This document shows, in pieces, positions 14,031 to 26,589 of a stretch of DNA of 64,000 bases; within the stretch, counting starts at the first letter, position 1, and every line of letters starts with the position of its first letter. This stretch comes from the human T2T-CHM13v2.0 reference genome, Homo sapiens, in the NCBI RefSeq assembly GCF_009914755.1, contig NC_060934.1. One strand, 5' to 3'. The notes under the pieces were generated by a model, which was given only the letters and a program-made list of their open reading frames with translations, was not told the origin of the DNA and did not search any database. The position numbers were made by a program, and so were the translations under genes.

Positions 14031-14974
14031 ACACACAAGTCATTTCTGCATAATCTCTGAGAAAGAAAACAAAGCAGATTGGAAAACACTGATTTAATGT
14101 AAAAATAATTTATTTTATACATAAACAAGCTGAGGAGCAGAGGAATCAATTTACTTGTCCAAGATCCTAATGTTGGTTAGCGACTGACATGGGCTGAGAA
14201 CCGCATGCCCTGTGGGTAACTCCACACCCCTTTGTGTTTCTCCTGAACCGAGGTAACAAGCGTGCCACAGTGACGGTGTCAGGTGAGGTGAACGTCTGAG
14301 ACATAAATACAGCGTGTCATCGGGTGCTGCTGCATTGATCTTCCACGGCTTTGGGAAGTGCAACCTCAAAGAGGATGGATGGATTTCTAGACACTTCCGT
14401 TTGACAGAAAACATTTAAAATTGCAACTTAAGTTCCAGAAACCCGAGCAAAGATTTCTGTGAGAATGGACATTTAAACCCTCACTAGTCGATAAAAGATT
14501 ATGTAAAGAGGCAGTGTTTTATTGAATTAATATTTTAAGCAAAGATAAAGTCTTGTGAGGTCTTCATCTCCTACAGTACACTTTATTCAAATTTTAAGTA
14601 ATTCAACAACATTTGCACACTTTTGTGGTGCAAAGCATCGTGTCATAAAATGTTTATGTTTAAGGAACATAAACTGAGGATACAAGACAATTACAATCCC
14701 CATTAGTGGGAACAGCCATGTGACTAACATAATAGCAAACATAACCTAAACGTATAACACCATAACATACCATAACGTAATATAATCACATACCACAAAT
14801 AGCAAGCCTGTATCCAGTGCCTACCGTGTGCCAGGCACTCCTAATAAATTAAACCACCTTCTCTTCGTTTCATTATTATAAGCTTGGTGCCATCAATCCC
14901 ATTTTATAGATGAAAAACAATGAAAAAAGAGAAAGAAAAAAATTTCTTTTCTCAGAGATCACCCAGAAATAACT

Positions 14975-15172
14975 TATTTTTATTTTTAATTGATATATCA
15001 TAGTTTAAGGGTACATATTTTGGGGGTATGTGTGATATTTACATACGTGTATACAATGTGTAATGATCAAATCAGTGTGGGATTATTTGTCACCTCAAAC
15101 ATTTATTTTTTCTTTGTGTTGGGAATATTAAAAGTCTTCTTTTTGATTTATTTTAAAGTATACAACAAATTA
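14975..15172 (-). mobile_element. L1MA 3' end fragment
   Basis: 'gtacatattttgggggtatgtgtgatattt...tgtaatgatcaaatcag...cacctcaaacatttat...ttctttgtgttggg'. Confidence 0.8.
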
Positions 15173-15180
15173 CAGAAAAT

Positions 15181-15426
15181 CAGTGGGAATTGAACAATGA
15201 GAACACTTGGACACAAGAAGGGGAACATCACACAATGGGGCCTGTCGTGGGGTGGGGGGAGGGGGGAGGGATAGCATTAGGAGATATACCTAATGTAAAT
15301 GATGAGTTAATGGGTGCAGCACACCAACATGGTGCATGTGTACGTATGTAACAAACCTGCACGTTGTGCACATGTACCCTAGAACTTAAAATATAATAAA
15401 AAAAAGAAAAAAAAAGAAAAGAAAAG
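15181..15426 (+). mobile_element. L1PA 3' UTR with poly(A), heavily 5'-truncated
   Basis: Near-consensus L1PA end: gggaattgaacaatgagaacacttggacac, G-rich tract, gtaacaaacctgcacgttgtgcacatgtaccctagaacttaaa, then an A-rich tail. Confidence 0.95.
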
Positions 15427-15454
15427 AGGTGCTGAATCTTATTTGGACCTGAAA

Positions 15455-15605
15455 ATCATTAATTGGTATAAGGTTTCATTTAGGCAGGATGTATGAGCTC
15501 TAGGAATTTGCCGTACAACACCGCACCTGTGGTCAAGAATAATGTATTGTGAAGTATTTTAAGAGGGTAGATCTCATGTTAAATGTTCCCATCACAATAA
15601 AACAG
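15455..15605 (+). mobile_element. L1MB-like 3' end fragment
   Basis: 'aataatgtattgt...taagagggtagatctcatgttaaatgttcccatcacaataaa'. Confidence 0.65.
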
Positions 15606-15629
15606 TATCACTGGGCCATAATCCATGTT

Positions 15630-15985
15630 TCAGTGGGGTTGTTCCTCTAGAGGCTGTAGGGGAAAATCAGATCTTCTCTTCTTCCAGCTTCTGGTGACAA
15701 CCAGCACTCCGTGGCTGTGACCACATCACTGCCATCTTCGAGGCCAGCATCTTCCAATCTCTCTGTTCTGGATGCATGTCACAGTCTCCTCTGTGGGAGG
15801 GACTTCCCTCTGCCTCTTTCCTCTAAGGATACATGTAATTGCATTTGGAGCCCACCCAGATAATATAGAATAATGTCCCCTTTGAAGATCCGTAACTCAA
15901 TCTCATCTGCAAAGACCGTTTGCTGCCACATAAAGTAACATTTCAAGTTTGAGGAGTTAGGATGCATGCATCTTTGGGTGGAATA
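15630..15985 (-). mobile_element. MLT1C/D-like MaLR LTR
   Basis: 'tagaggctgtaggggaaaatc...ttccagcttctggtg...gcccacccagataat...aactcaatctcatctgcaaagac...ataaagtaacatt'. Confidence 0.75.
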
Positions 15986-15999
15986 GGGGATTGTGGGGC

Positions 16000-16168
16000 T
16001 GAACTCAAGACCTACTACAAAGCTACAGTAATGAAGATATGTGGTATTGGCAAGTGAATAGACAAACAGATCATTGGAACAAAATAGAGAACCTATAAAT
16101 AGACCCCCACAAATACATCAAATGATCTTTAACAAAGGAATTTAGGCAATGGAATGGAGAAACCATAG
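16000..16168 (+). mobile_element. L1M ORF2 fragment
   Basis: 'tactacaaagctacagtaat...tggtattggca...gatcattggaacaaaatagag', the YYKATV..WYW..QWN region of ORF2. Confidence 0.8.
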
Positions 16169-16169
16169 C

Positions 16170-16755
16170 GTGATCATTTTTGCATTATACTAAGTTTGAA
16201 ATTGGATGATGTGCATCCTTCAACTTGGTTCTTTTCAGTATTGTGTTGGCCGCTTTACATCTTTTCCCTTTTCATATAAACTTTAGCATTACTTCTTCAA
16301 CAGCTACAAAAAGCTTGCTGAGATTTTGATTGTGTGGAATCCATAGACCAAGTTGCAAATAATTGATATCTCAGTAATAATGTCTTCCAACCCACAAACA
16401 GAGATTGCATCTCTATTTATGTCTTCATTGATTTTTTAACCAGAGTTTTTGATTTTCCACATATAGATCCTGAGCATATTTTTTTAGATTATGCAAAAGT
16501 ATTTCATTGTTTGGGGTTTTTGCAAACGTATCATTTTTAAATTTTAAATTTCCACCTTTATTGGTGGTATGTAGTGAAGTAATTCACTTTTGTAGACTAA
16601 CCTTGTGTCTTATGAATTTGTGATATTCTCTTATTAGTGCCACAAGCTCTTTTGTAAGTTCTCCGAGAGTTTCTATAAGCACAAGGATGGTATTTGTGAG
16701 TAAAGACAGTTTGGTTTCTTTCTCCCCAATGTGTGTAATTTTTACTTCCTTCCTT
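16170..16755 (-). mobile_element. L1M ORF2 fragment (antisense)
   Basis: 'ttcatataaactttagcatt...gctgagattttgattg...gtgagtaaagacagtttggtttcttt' is reverse-strand ORF2 RT/C-terminal sequence. Confidence 0.75.
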
Positions 16756-16759
16756 GTGT

Positions 16760-18530
16760 TACTGGGGAGTGTGGGACTGGTGGTCTGATACTAATAAGAT
16801 TGGGGAGAGGGGCCACTGCTTGTTCCTGGCCATAGGCAGGTGACTCACGCACCTGCTGCTTCCTTTGCAGGGGAACCTGAATGGCCCGGGTAATGGTCAT
16901 ATTCAGAGTACATTGGGGCTCTTCACCCTGATGCAAGAACTCCTTCTTTGGGAATCAGGAGGAGTCTGGAGTTGTGGGGTGCAGGAATCACATGTTTCCC
17001 AGATGTGTTTCTGGGAGTTATGATGAGTGGGCCACCCTCTCTGTTTGCATAATGTAAATGCTTTGGATGTAGCAGCATCTAGGGGTCACTGATTTGGGTG
17101 CGTCCTACATCTTCATGCTTCCTCCCGCATCATCTTGGAGCTGGCCTCTTCACTGTGCCTCTTATACCTTCATCAATTCAATACCCAGGCACCCCTGTAC
17201 CACGCAGTAACTGGTGGGCCCAAGCGACCCATGCCCATCTGCCTCCTGCCACATCTCTTTCATAGTAAAGGGGGCTTCCTATTCCAGTGAAATAACTGAT
17301 GGGATTCTGTGGAGGTGTTTCCAGCATTCTGAAAGCTCTTCAGAAGTGATATAGGCTGAGGCCTCAGGGAAAGAAGGCAGACCCATTTCTAAGACATCTG
17401 CCAATTTCAGTCAAATGCATGTTACTGCCTCTTCTCTGTGGAAGGAGCTTAACTTGAACCTTGGTCGTCTCTCATGGGACGATGCTATAGGAAGAACTAA
17501 GCGCAGGTCTCGTTGCTGGAAGTTTGAACGTTTGGCAGCAGGTGCAGGTAGAGGCCCCTGGCAAGTGACAGCTGATGCTTTTGGACTCATGAGCAGTCTC
17601 CCTCCCTCCCTGTGGCCATGACTACTCCATCACACCGTTTTTGTAGCAGCTCCCAAGTGGACAATGACAGAGGCTGGTTGAATTCAACCGCTTGGTTACT
17701 TAGTGTCTCTTCCAAAATAGATGCTCTCTGTGGTGTTAAAGCTTGTTACAAAGATCTCCGAAGGCAGTGCCCACCCTTCCAGGCCCACCCACATACCTGT
17801 TTTCCTTGTATCTTACACTCCAATCTTTCTTCTTGCTGGCTCCGATCAACTGGTCAAACATTCACCGCTGACCGTTAGTGGGCATCTATTATCTCTACTG
17901 GCTTTGAGTCTTTCCATAGAAACTGGATGCACAACATCTTTGCCCTTTGTGAAGACTCCTCCCACTGTTGCATTTCAAGATTTTCTGTGAGTAGGGGCAC
18001 GGTGCAGTGACAGCCTGTATTCAGCTTGCACCAATGACCAAACTACGTAATCCCTTAACCACACTCAGGCGTTTTTCTCCTGTGTCTGCCAGGTTTCATG
18101 GGTTCTCCATGCAGCTGCAGGTGTGGGCTGAGCAAAGCAAGGTGCCCCAGTGGTGGGCAGCATGGATGAGTGAGAAGCAGATGGCACCCCTGCTGTTGCG
18201 GTTATGTTCCTATCAATACATGGCACTGGATTCACCATTCTCCCCTTATGCTGGACTCCTGCTGGGTCCATCTGGCCTTGCAACATGATGGGTCTGACAG
18301 AGTCAGCTTGGAGAGGGCGACACTCACTGCGTGGCCACCTGAGGACTCACAGTCAGGTGCTCTGACCAGCCAAGGCCCAGTAGAGCACCAGGAGCTGTCT
18401 TCTGAGAGGTGCATAATTCTCCACCGCACATGGCATGGGCTTCCTCCAGAATGTATGGCTCTGTACTGCAGTTCCCTTACTGGAGCTTATCAGAAATGGC
18501 CCTGGCCAAGTTTTACTTTGATGTAACTGG
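16760..18530 (-). pseudogene. Decayed ERV-L (class III) internal pol remnant: RT connection/RNase H region and integrase
   Basis: Minus-strand translations: ~18450-18360 FWRKPMPCAVENYAPLRRQLLVLYWAL (ERV-L FWSKALPSSADNYSPFERQLLACYWAL); ORF 18232-18429 ends LSDPSCCKARWTQQESSIRGEW (cf. LSDPSSHKVGRAQQHSIIKWKW); ~17450-17225 HLTEIG..NGSAFFP / EASAYITSEELSECWKHLHRIPSVISLE*EAPFTMKEMWQEADGHG (integrase core). Stops and frameshifts throughout. Confidence 0.85.
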
Positions 18531-21500
18531 GGTTAGGGCCTGGGGGCAGGAGGAACATTAGGAGCAGGTCCTGATGGAAGCATGCATTGTCTTGTTGGGG
18601 AATTGCACCTTCTCTTCAAGCAACAAGAAAACCTTGAGACGTAGGGTCTGGGGCCTCCAGTGTTGAACAAGTGAACCCTAATAATTTCATGTAGGGCCCT
18701 GGAATATGTGAAAAAAAACCTTTTTGTTTTATTAAGACTAAATTCAAAATGATGTTTTTATTGTCATTTTGTTTTGTTTTGTTTTGTTTGTTTTAGCAGC
18801 TAGTGTGGCCTGCCTTACACAGTAATAAAAACTTCTAGCCTGTGGTATACACTCAATTGAAGTTTGCTGAATGCATATATAAATAAATGAATAGAAAAGG
18901 ATATAGGAGCTGCTCTCCATATAAAGAAATGCATAATTGCATATTTGGTCTTCCTTAGAAAATAATCGGCAGGAGTTATATTTACCCTCTGCTTACCTAC
19001 TTTTATCATCATATATTCTAAAAATTATCATTCTTTTTAGCACTCACAAATGGGCATTTCCAAATGAAATGAAAAGCACGGCCAACTCAGCAGTCTGCTG
19101 TTAGGCCTTGTTGCCAAGCGCTCAGCTTAAAAACAGTATGTAATTACACAGTGTTTTTATTATCTCACTAAAAATATTGTTCATCATAGAGAATCCTGCA
19201 TTTCCCAATTTCTGAAATTAAAGAAACTAGAGGCTGGCTCCAATGTGATAAGAAAAAATCCATGTTCTTCAGCATTCATCTTTGTATTTAATTAACTGAA
19301 AAGCTATAATGTGATCATTTTCTCATATTTCTTTTCAATGTTCTGCTAAATCTATATTGTGTGTGTGTGAGCACACTTTTATTATAATGTCCTAGAATAT
19401 AAGATCATGGAAAAGCATCATTATTTGGGAGCTTTGTGATGAAAATATATCCACACTACCAGTTGGCCAGCAGTTGACCCTAATGCTACGACTTTTCCCC
19501 GGAATTCCAGATAATTTCTCACAGTTGCATAAAAAGTTAATAAATTTGTCAGAGAATAGTGCTATTTAAAACGTTAGTGAATTTATTTTGTGATGTTTTT
19601 GAAACTGTGACTGACTTAGACCTTCAACTATTTCCAACAGCCATATTAAAGTTAAGTTTTTATTTAAAGATTTGCACAATTTTATGGATGATTGAAATGT
19701 TTAGAGTAGTTATTTCTCCCTTCTCAGAAAACTACATTATTTCTTAGGCAGATAAGCACTGGTTCTTTTTCAGGTGATGAGGTTTCAAGACAAATTAAGA
19801 TGTATGTCAGAAGAAACAGATACAGGACAAAAAAACCACTAGAAAGATAACTCATTATGAAATCTATAAATACATAATTCCCAGCAAGAATGAAATGTAC
19901 ATAACACTGTTATTGCTTGCATTTGCTTCAAGAATAGGTGTTCATTTTTCTTGCAATAATAAAATCTATGAACACTTGTGAATTAAAATACACATTTCAA
20001 AATATGCTGTAGAGGTGTTTTTGAGAATGAACATCATTGGTTATCACTTCATGACAACTAATTCTTATTGCTGACTCTCAGAATAATATTCTTATGCTTG
20101 TGATTATAGAATATTATTAGGCTATATGAATGAGAGAAAAATATATCTTTGATATAATGATAGATTTATTCTTATATCTTCTCAGCATTTCAAAATTTTG
20201 ACTTCTCTTTTAGTGAAGCTCAATTTCTCTTTCTCTTTTTTTACTGGTATATACATCAAACTACCTTTTTTTAAACTAAAACCGCTTTGTAATCTTCCAC
20301 AAACAAAGGCATTTTCGAATAAATATCTTTAAGAGGTTTAATAATAAAAGACATAATGATAAAATTAATATGATATTTTCTTACAGAAAAGTAGGTTTAG
20401 ACAGTATCACAGAACAGAGCATTTTGGGTTTTAGAATAATGTTAAAAGCAAAATTTGATGGATTAAAAATCTAGTATTTTTCGTAGTTCTAAACCATGAT
20501 CAAACTGTCAAATTTGATCCCAAGTTTCCTAAATCCCTCACATATCACATTCACATCCCTAAGTATCTAATGCATATGAAAGGTAGTTCCAGAAATGCTT
20601 CAGGTTCCCCGAAATCTCTTGTCGTTTCTGTTTCTCTTCTGGTCTAAAACTGTCATTGAGAAAATTAAAACTGTCAGTGCTGTAGGGTAATGACTACACT
20701 ATCAAACAGTCAATAATGCCCAGCTGATGACTAAATTAGTTAAACAGATCATTCTTGTCTCCAAGACGCTGTAACGTGGGCATAGTATAGTGTTCCAGTC
20801 TTTCTGCTGCTGCCCTCCTGTATCTGACTTCTGCTCCAATCTACGTGAATTATGTTCCGTCATCAAGCACAGTCCTGAATAACTTCCTCTGTGAATTATG
20901 GATCACTCTCTCTGCCTGAAACATTCTCAATACTGTTGTGCCCTTTGGTCTGATGAAATTTCATGATCCTGAAAGTTCTTTTAATAGAGTCTCCCCAGGT
21001 CCCTCCATCCTGTACCAGCTGCATCCTGTGGTACTTAAGAGTTCCTCCAGCAGGTGTCAGCTAACGAGGTAAGGGATTGTTTTCTAAACTTGCGGTAAAG
21101 GTAAAATTTCATTCTTGTTTTATCTTCCTCGAAGAAGCTGGTGGATGGCATTTGTCTAGTCGGCGCTCAATGGATATTTGCTTTTCTAATTGAAATATAT
21201 TTATGTAAATATGTATATTATATATTAATAATTGCTTCACCATGTGAAAACATATATCTCAACCCAACATTTATCTTTATTCTTAAAGAGTAATCTCACC
21301 CATACTCATTACAATAAGAATACAATATTGCTTACTAAGACCTATATTATTTTGAAAATTCTAAGCAACACATTATGAAAAGAGAAAAAAACAAGAAATA
21401 TCAGAAAGGAAAACACAAATTACAATTATTCAATTATTTTAACACAAACAAGTTCTAGATGTAATGTCCAGCGTAAATGCCTGGAAAACCTTTTAAAACG

Positions 21501-21659
21501 ATGCAAGACATAAGGTAAACAGACCACACACTCAAGTATTCTTGTAATCTCCATATCTAATTTAAAAGTGTAACAAAGTAAGTGTTTCCTTTCATAATAG
21601 CAATTAAGAAAACTAAAATTCTTATCACTAAAGCTTTCTTTTAATGGTGTTTCTGTACA

Positions 21660-21855
21660 CATGTTGAGTATTTCTTATCTAAAGTCCATGGGACCAGATG
21701 TGATTTGGATTTTTTAAAATGTTAGAATATTTGCATTATATTGATTGTCCCAAATGTGAAAAGCTGAAATGTAACAATGAGCATTATGTTTTCACTCAAA
21801 AAAGATTTGGAAGCATTTTGGATTTCAGATTTTTACAACTGAGATGCTTCACCTA
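21660..21855. mobile_element. Tigger4a/MER46-like DNA transposon MITE
   Basis: Terminal inverted repeat (TIR)-like ends 'catgttgagtatttcttatct' and 'gagatgcttcacct'; internal 'gggaccagatgtgatttggattttt' and 'agcattttggatttcagattttt'. Confidence 0.7.
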
Positions 21856-22335
21856 AAAATACAAATGTAAAAATTGACATGGAAGATAGAAATGTAAAGA
21901 AAAAAGCAGAAACAATATGTCCCTGTATAGAAAACTAAAATATTGCAGGTATACCAAATCACTCCAAATTAACTACATTTATTTAGTGTTATTAGAATTA
22001 TTTGGAAATTAAAATATATTCTGATGATTTTTCAAGGCATGTAGAAATAGCCCGGGTCATTCTGAAAAGTAAAGAGTCATAAAGTGTGATGTCCCAATCA
22101 GGTGTGAAAGTGCGTGGCCCTGGTCAGACAGCAAACATGTGGAGAGCCTGGAAGGAAATAGAGGAGTTGATCATAAGCACTGTAACATGGGATGTGTGAA
22201 ATGATAAATATTTTAGTTCAAATAAGTGCCAGAAGGTTGAGTTTTTGAATAAATGTGGTTGCAACAACTGACTAGCAGTTTGGGAAAAATATATAAATGG
22301 TTTCTTTTTTATTATCCACAAGAATACAGAAATGT

Positions 22336-22505
22336 GCTGGACGTGGTGGTGCGTGTTTGTAGTCCCAGCTACTTGGTCGGGGGGGGGGCGGCAAAGTGAG
22401 AGCATCACTTGAGCTGGGGAGGTTAAGGCTGCAGTGAGCCATAATCACACCACTGCTCACCAGCCTGGGCGACAGAGCAAGACCCTGTTAAAAAAAAAAA
22501 AAAAA
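22336..22505 (+). mobile_element. Alu right monomer (FRAM or truncated AluJ)
   Basis: 'gtagtcccagctacttgg...gaggttaaggctgcagtgagcc...cagcctgggcgacagagcaagaccctgtt' plus poly(A); internal G10 run. Confidence 0.85.
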
Positions 22506-22918
22506 GACAAACTACAGACTGGGAGTATTTACAAAAAATACACGTAATAAAAGAATGTTATCCAAATGTGTAAAGAACTCCTAAAACTCAACAATAAGAA
22601 AAGAAACAATCAGATTTTTAGAAATGGGCCAAGGACCAAAAAAAAGGTGCTTCAACACAGAAGTTTTACAGACAGCACTAGCACATGAAAAGAAGCTTCA
22701 CGTTTTATGTCATCAGGAAAATGGAAATCAAGACAATAATGAGATGCCAGTACACACCTATCAGAATGGCCAAAACCAGAACACTGACAACACCAAATGC
22801 TGGTGAGGATGTGGAGCAACAGGAACGCTCATTCACTGCTGATGAGAAGGAAAAATGGTACAGCCACTGTGGAAGAGAGTGTGCAGCTTTTTCAAAATCT
22901 TAACATATGTTTACCATA

Positions 22919-23310
22919 GGCTACGGTTTGAATGTGTCCCTTACAATTCATGTCTTGGAAACTGAATCCCCAGTGCAACACTGTTGAGAGGTGGGGCTTA
23001 ATGAGGGTCTTTAACTCATGAGGGTTCTGCTCTCATATACGGATTGACCTCATGATTGTGGGAGCCGGTTTGTTATCAGGAGAGTAGGTTCATTTATCAA
23101 AATGAGTTTGGTGCCATCTTGCTCCATTGCTCTCCCAGCTCTTGTTGTTTTGCCCTCCACCATGTGATGAGGCAGCATGAAGCCCTTTTCAGATATTGGA
23201 GCCATGCTCATGGACTTCCCAGCCTCCAAACTGAGCAAATAAATTTGTGTTCATTATAAATTACCTAGTCTATGGTATTCTGTTATAGCAATATGAAAAA
23301 GACTAAGATA
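22919..23310 (+). mobile_element. MSTC/MSTD-like MaLR LTR inserted in L1
   Basis: 'gctacggtttgaatgtgtccc...attctgttatagcaa...gactaagata'; 5-bp TSD ccata/ccaca. Confidence 0.85.
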
Positions 23311-24439
23311 CCACATATTGAGTGAATCCTCCCATTGGTATTTACCGAAAGGACTTCAAAACTTACATTCACACAAAAACAGCACATGGATGTTTATAAC
23401 ATCTTTAATCATGATGACCCAAACTTGGAAGCAATCAAGATGTCTTTCAGTCGGAGAGTGGATAAATAAAGTGTGGAACATCCAGACAGTGGAATATCAC
23501 TCAGCACTGAAGAGAAATGTGCTGCTAAGTCATGAAAAGACATCGAGGAGCCCTTAAATGTATGTTACTAAGTGAAAGAAGTCAATCTGAAAAGGTTGCA
23601 TGCTATATGATTCCAAATATATGACATTCTGGAAAAGGCAAAATCATGAAGATGGTGAAAAGATCAGTGGCTGCCAGGGGTTGGTGGAGAGAGTGATGAA
23701 TAACTGAAGCACAGGTGCTTTTTAGCATAGTGAACCTACTCTCCATGAGGCTACAATAGTGGATCCATGTCATTACAAAAGTGTTCAAACCCACATAATG
23801 CACAACACCAGGAGTGAGCCCTCATGTACATGATGGTCTAAGTAATGATGACCTGTCTAGGTGGGTTCATCAATTGTAACAAATGCACCCTCTGGTGGGG
23901 ATAACGACTGGGGAGGCTGTGCGTGTGGGGGGATGGAGGCCATACAGGAACTCTCTGTACCTGCTTCTTGATTTTACTGTGAACCTAAAGCACTTAAACA
24001 ACGTCTTTTTTTATGAAGTTAAAGGTAGAATAAAGACTTTAATTTTGATGAGTAATGATTAAAATTACTAAAATAAGACATGGACGATGCATTTTATGAT
24101 TTTTGCAAAAGGTTGGGCTTTCTAAATATTTTGTACAATATGATATACAGAAGAAAATAGTTACATCTGTCTACAAAAATTAAAGAAGAAAAAAAGTAGG
24201 AACAAATACATTTAGCAAACAAAAAACCTAGCAACTACAATCAGAAAAATGTCAATTGGAAGATGGTCTAAAACATATCAATGAACGAATAATGAGGCTG
24301 CAGAAAACATCCTAAGCCTTAGTTTACCCACACAAGAGTCTGTATATTTAGGCATTAATGTGAGAATATGAAGGGTGGCAGAGGAGCAGAAAACATTGTC
24401 TTTACTGACGGAGTGTTCGACAATACTGAGAACATTGTC

Positions 24440-25415
24440 CGGTTGTCACCACTTATCCATGGGAGGTAAGTTCCAAGATCCCCAGTGGATGCCTGAAACC
24501 ATGCCTCATAGGAAACCCCACATATACTATGTTCTCCCCTCTATGTAAATGTCTAAGATAAAGTTTAATTTATGCATTAGGCATAGTAAGAGTATAACAA
24601 CTAATAAAGTGAAGGGTATCATCAGGTATCAACAGCGCAGCTGGAGCAAGGCAGGTAGAGGGAGGAGATAAGTTTGTTTGCTGGGTCTTCTGGCTGAACT
24701 TCCGGTGCCTGACCCTTGCTTCCACTCCTCCTGCCCGTGGACATCACACTCCAGATTCTTCCACCTTTGGACTCTGGGACTTACACCAGTGGGTTCCTGG
24801 GGGCTCTTGGGCCATCAGTCTCACTGAGGGCTGCACTGTCAGCTTCCCTGGTTTTGAGGCTTTCAGATTTGGACTGCGCCACTGCTGGCTTCTCTCTTTC
24901 CCTAGCTTGCAGACAGCCTAGGGTAGGACTTTGCCTTGTAATCACCTGAATCAATTCTCCCTATTAAGCTGCCTTTTATATATGCATAGCTTCTACTGGG
25001 CCTATCCCTCTGGAGAGACCTGACCAATACAACTAATAACAAAATAGAACAACTATAACAATATGTCAACATCACTTCTCTTGTGCTTTGGGGCCATTAT
25101 TAAGTAAAATAAGGGTTGTCTGTACAAAAGCACTACAGTATTTCAATGTTCTATCTGATAACTGAGACAACTCCTAGGTGATTAACAGGCATGAGGTGTA
25201 GACAGGGTGGAGGCACTGGACGGAGGGCTGATTCCCATCCTGAGTAAGATGGAGTGGGACGCTGTGAGATTTCATCACACGGTGTGGAACTGAACACAAT
25301 TTAAAACGTATGCATTGTTTATATCTGGAATTTTGCATTTAATATTTTTGGACCATGGCTGGCCACAGGTAACTGAAACTGTGGAAGGTGAAATGGAGAA
25401 TAAGGGGGTTGCTAT
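24440..25415 (-). mobile_element. MER44-like (TcMar-Tigger) DNA transposon, split by an MLT2 LTR
   Basis: Right end 'ggtaactgaaactgtggaaggtgaaatggagaataaggggg' is the reverse of the MER44 start; left end 'ccacttatccatggg...ttccaagatccccagtggatgcctgaaacc'. Confidence 0.75.
24610..25031 (+). mobile_element. MLT2-like ERV-L LTR (5'-truncated)
   Basis: 'ctttggactctgggacttacacca...ctagcttgcagacagcct...ccctctggagagacctgaccaataca'. Confidence 0.8.
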
Positions 25416-26589
25416 ATTACTTTCTTCAGGCCTAGAAAAGCCTTGTGATGAATAAATTGTTGTTATCTTTAGACATGCCTATGTGTGGGTAAGATGACAG
25501 AGGATTGAAGATTTGCTTTACACTGCTTTAAAAATTATAAAAACAAGATAAGTGAAGCAAGTATGGCAAAATTATGATAATTATTGAATTTATATGATGG
25601 GTGCATGACAGTTTTAAGTACTTTTTTCTCTACTTCATAATAAATAAATCCTAAAACATCTTCACTCCAGTACATTTTCTGGCCACAATCTCTTTTCTCT
25701 CTTTCAGGCCCAGGACTTGACTGTGCACATCGGCTTTCGTCCGTCTTCTTCTGCTCTTTTTGAAGGCTCCTTTAAACATGTCTCCTCAATGATCTACCGA
25801 AACTCCTCTTAAAATCGTCACGAGGGATTTCCACACTGTTAAATTCAAGGGTTAATTCTCAATGCTTTCTTCATTTAAACGAAAGCAGCATTGAACACTC
25901 GCTCATTCTTGGGACATAATGTTTGTGAAGACATCTTCCTTCCCCCTGTCTGGACCTCATCTGTTGGTGCTCATGGACCCTGGGATGCTGGAGATCTCAG
26001 GACTTGGTTGTCAGATGACTTTTTTTTTTTTTCTGATGATATTCACTTTCTAATTCAGCCCCTTATTCTAGATCATCTACATATCCATGGCTTCCCCACT
26101 GGTGTCAATGACCTGGGCCTCTGCCGTTCATTACAGATCTATACATCCAACTACCTACTTCCCATCTCCACCTGGATATCAAATAATTATCAGAGCATAG
26201 TTATGCTAAGCACTGAATTCCCCATGTTCCTCAACTCCCTCCACCTGGAATCTCCATCTACACTCTTGGAAGATTGACCCTATCAGGCCCTCGGATCTTT
26301 GAATTTCTCCTTTGCTCATGCGTGACCTCCAAACTCTCATAAGAGTCTCAAAGCAGTTTTTCAAACCATGTGCAGATTTTTTGAAAATGCAGAATAATTT
26401 CCACTGTTACCCAAGCCCAAACAGTCACAGTCTCTCATGTTGCTGTTGGAATAGCCTTTGCCTGGCCTTCCCGTTTGTGCCTTGTTTCCTTCATTCTGGT
26501 CCTGGGCTGATGGATGCCAGCCTCTGAGCCAGGCCCAGCCTCCCCTATGTGTGTTTAGCTGTTGAGCTAGTAATGTTTTCTATATTTTT

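Larger units (their letters stand above)
21900..24000 (+). mobile_element. Old L1 (L1MB/MC-like) ORF2 3' part and 3' UTR, interrupted by an Alu and an MST LTR
   Basis: 'ctggtgaggatgtggagcaacaggaacgctcattcactgctg', 'ttggaagcaatcaagatgtctttcag', 3' end 'ttttactgtgaacctaaa'. Confidence 0.85.

Noticed and set aside
16000-16755. Tail-to-tail L1 ORF2 fragments suggesting a micro-inversion
   Set aside because: Both pieces appear to include the same 'tactacaaagctacagtaat' consensus segment and the geometry is not twin-priming; two independent fragments is the simpler reading.
16760-25031. ERV-L internal remnant plus the MLT2 LTR as one provirus
   Set aside because: Opposite strands, about 6 kb apart, and the MLT2 is nested in a MER44.
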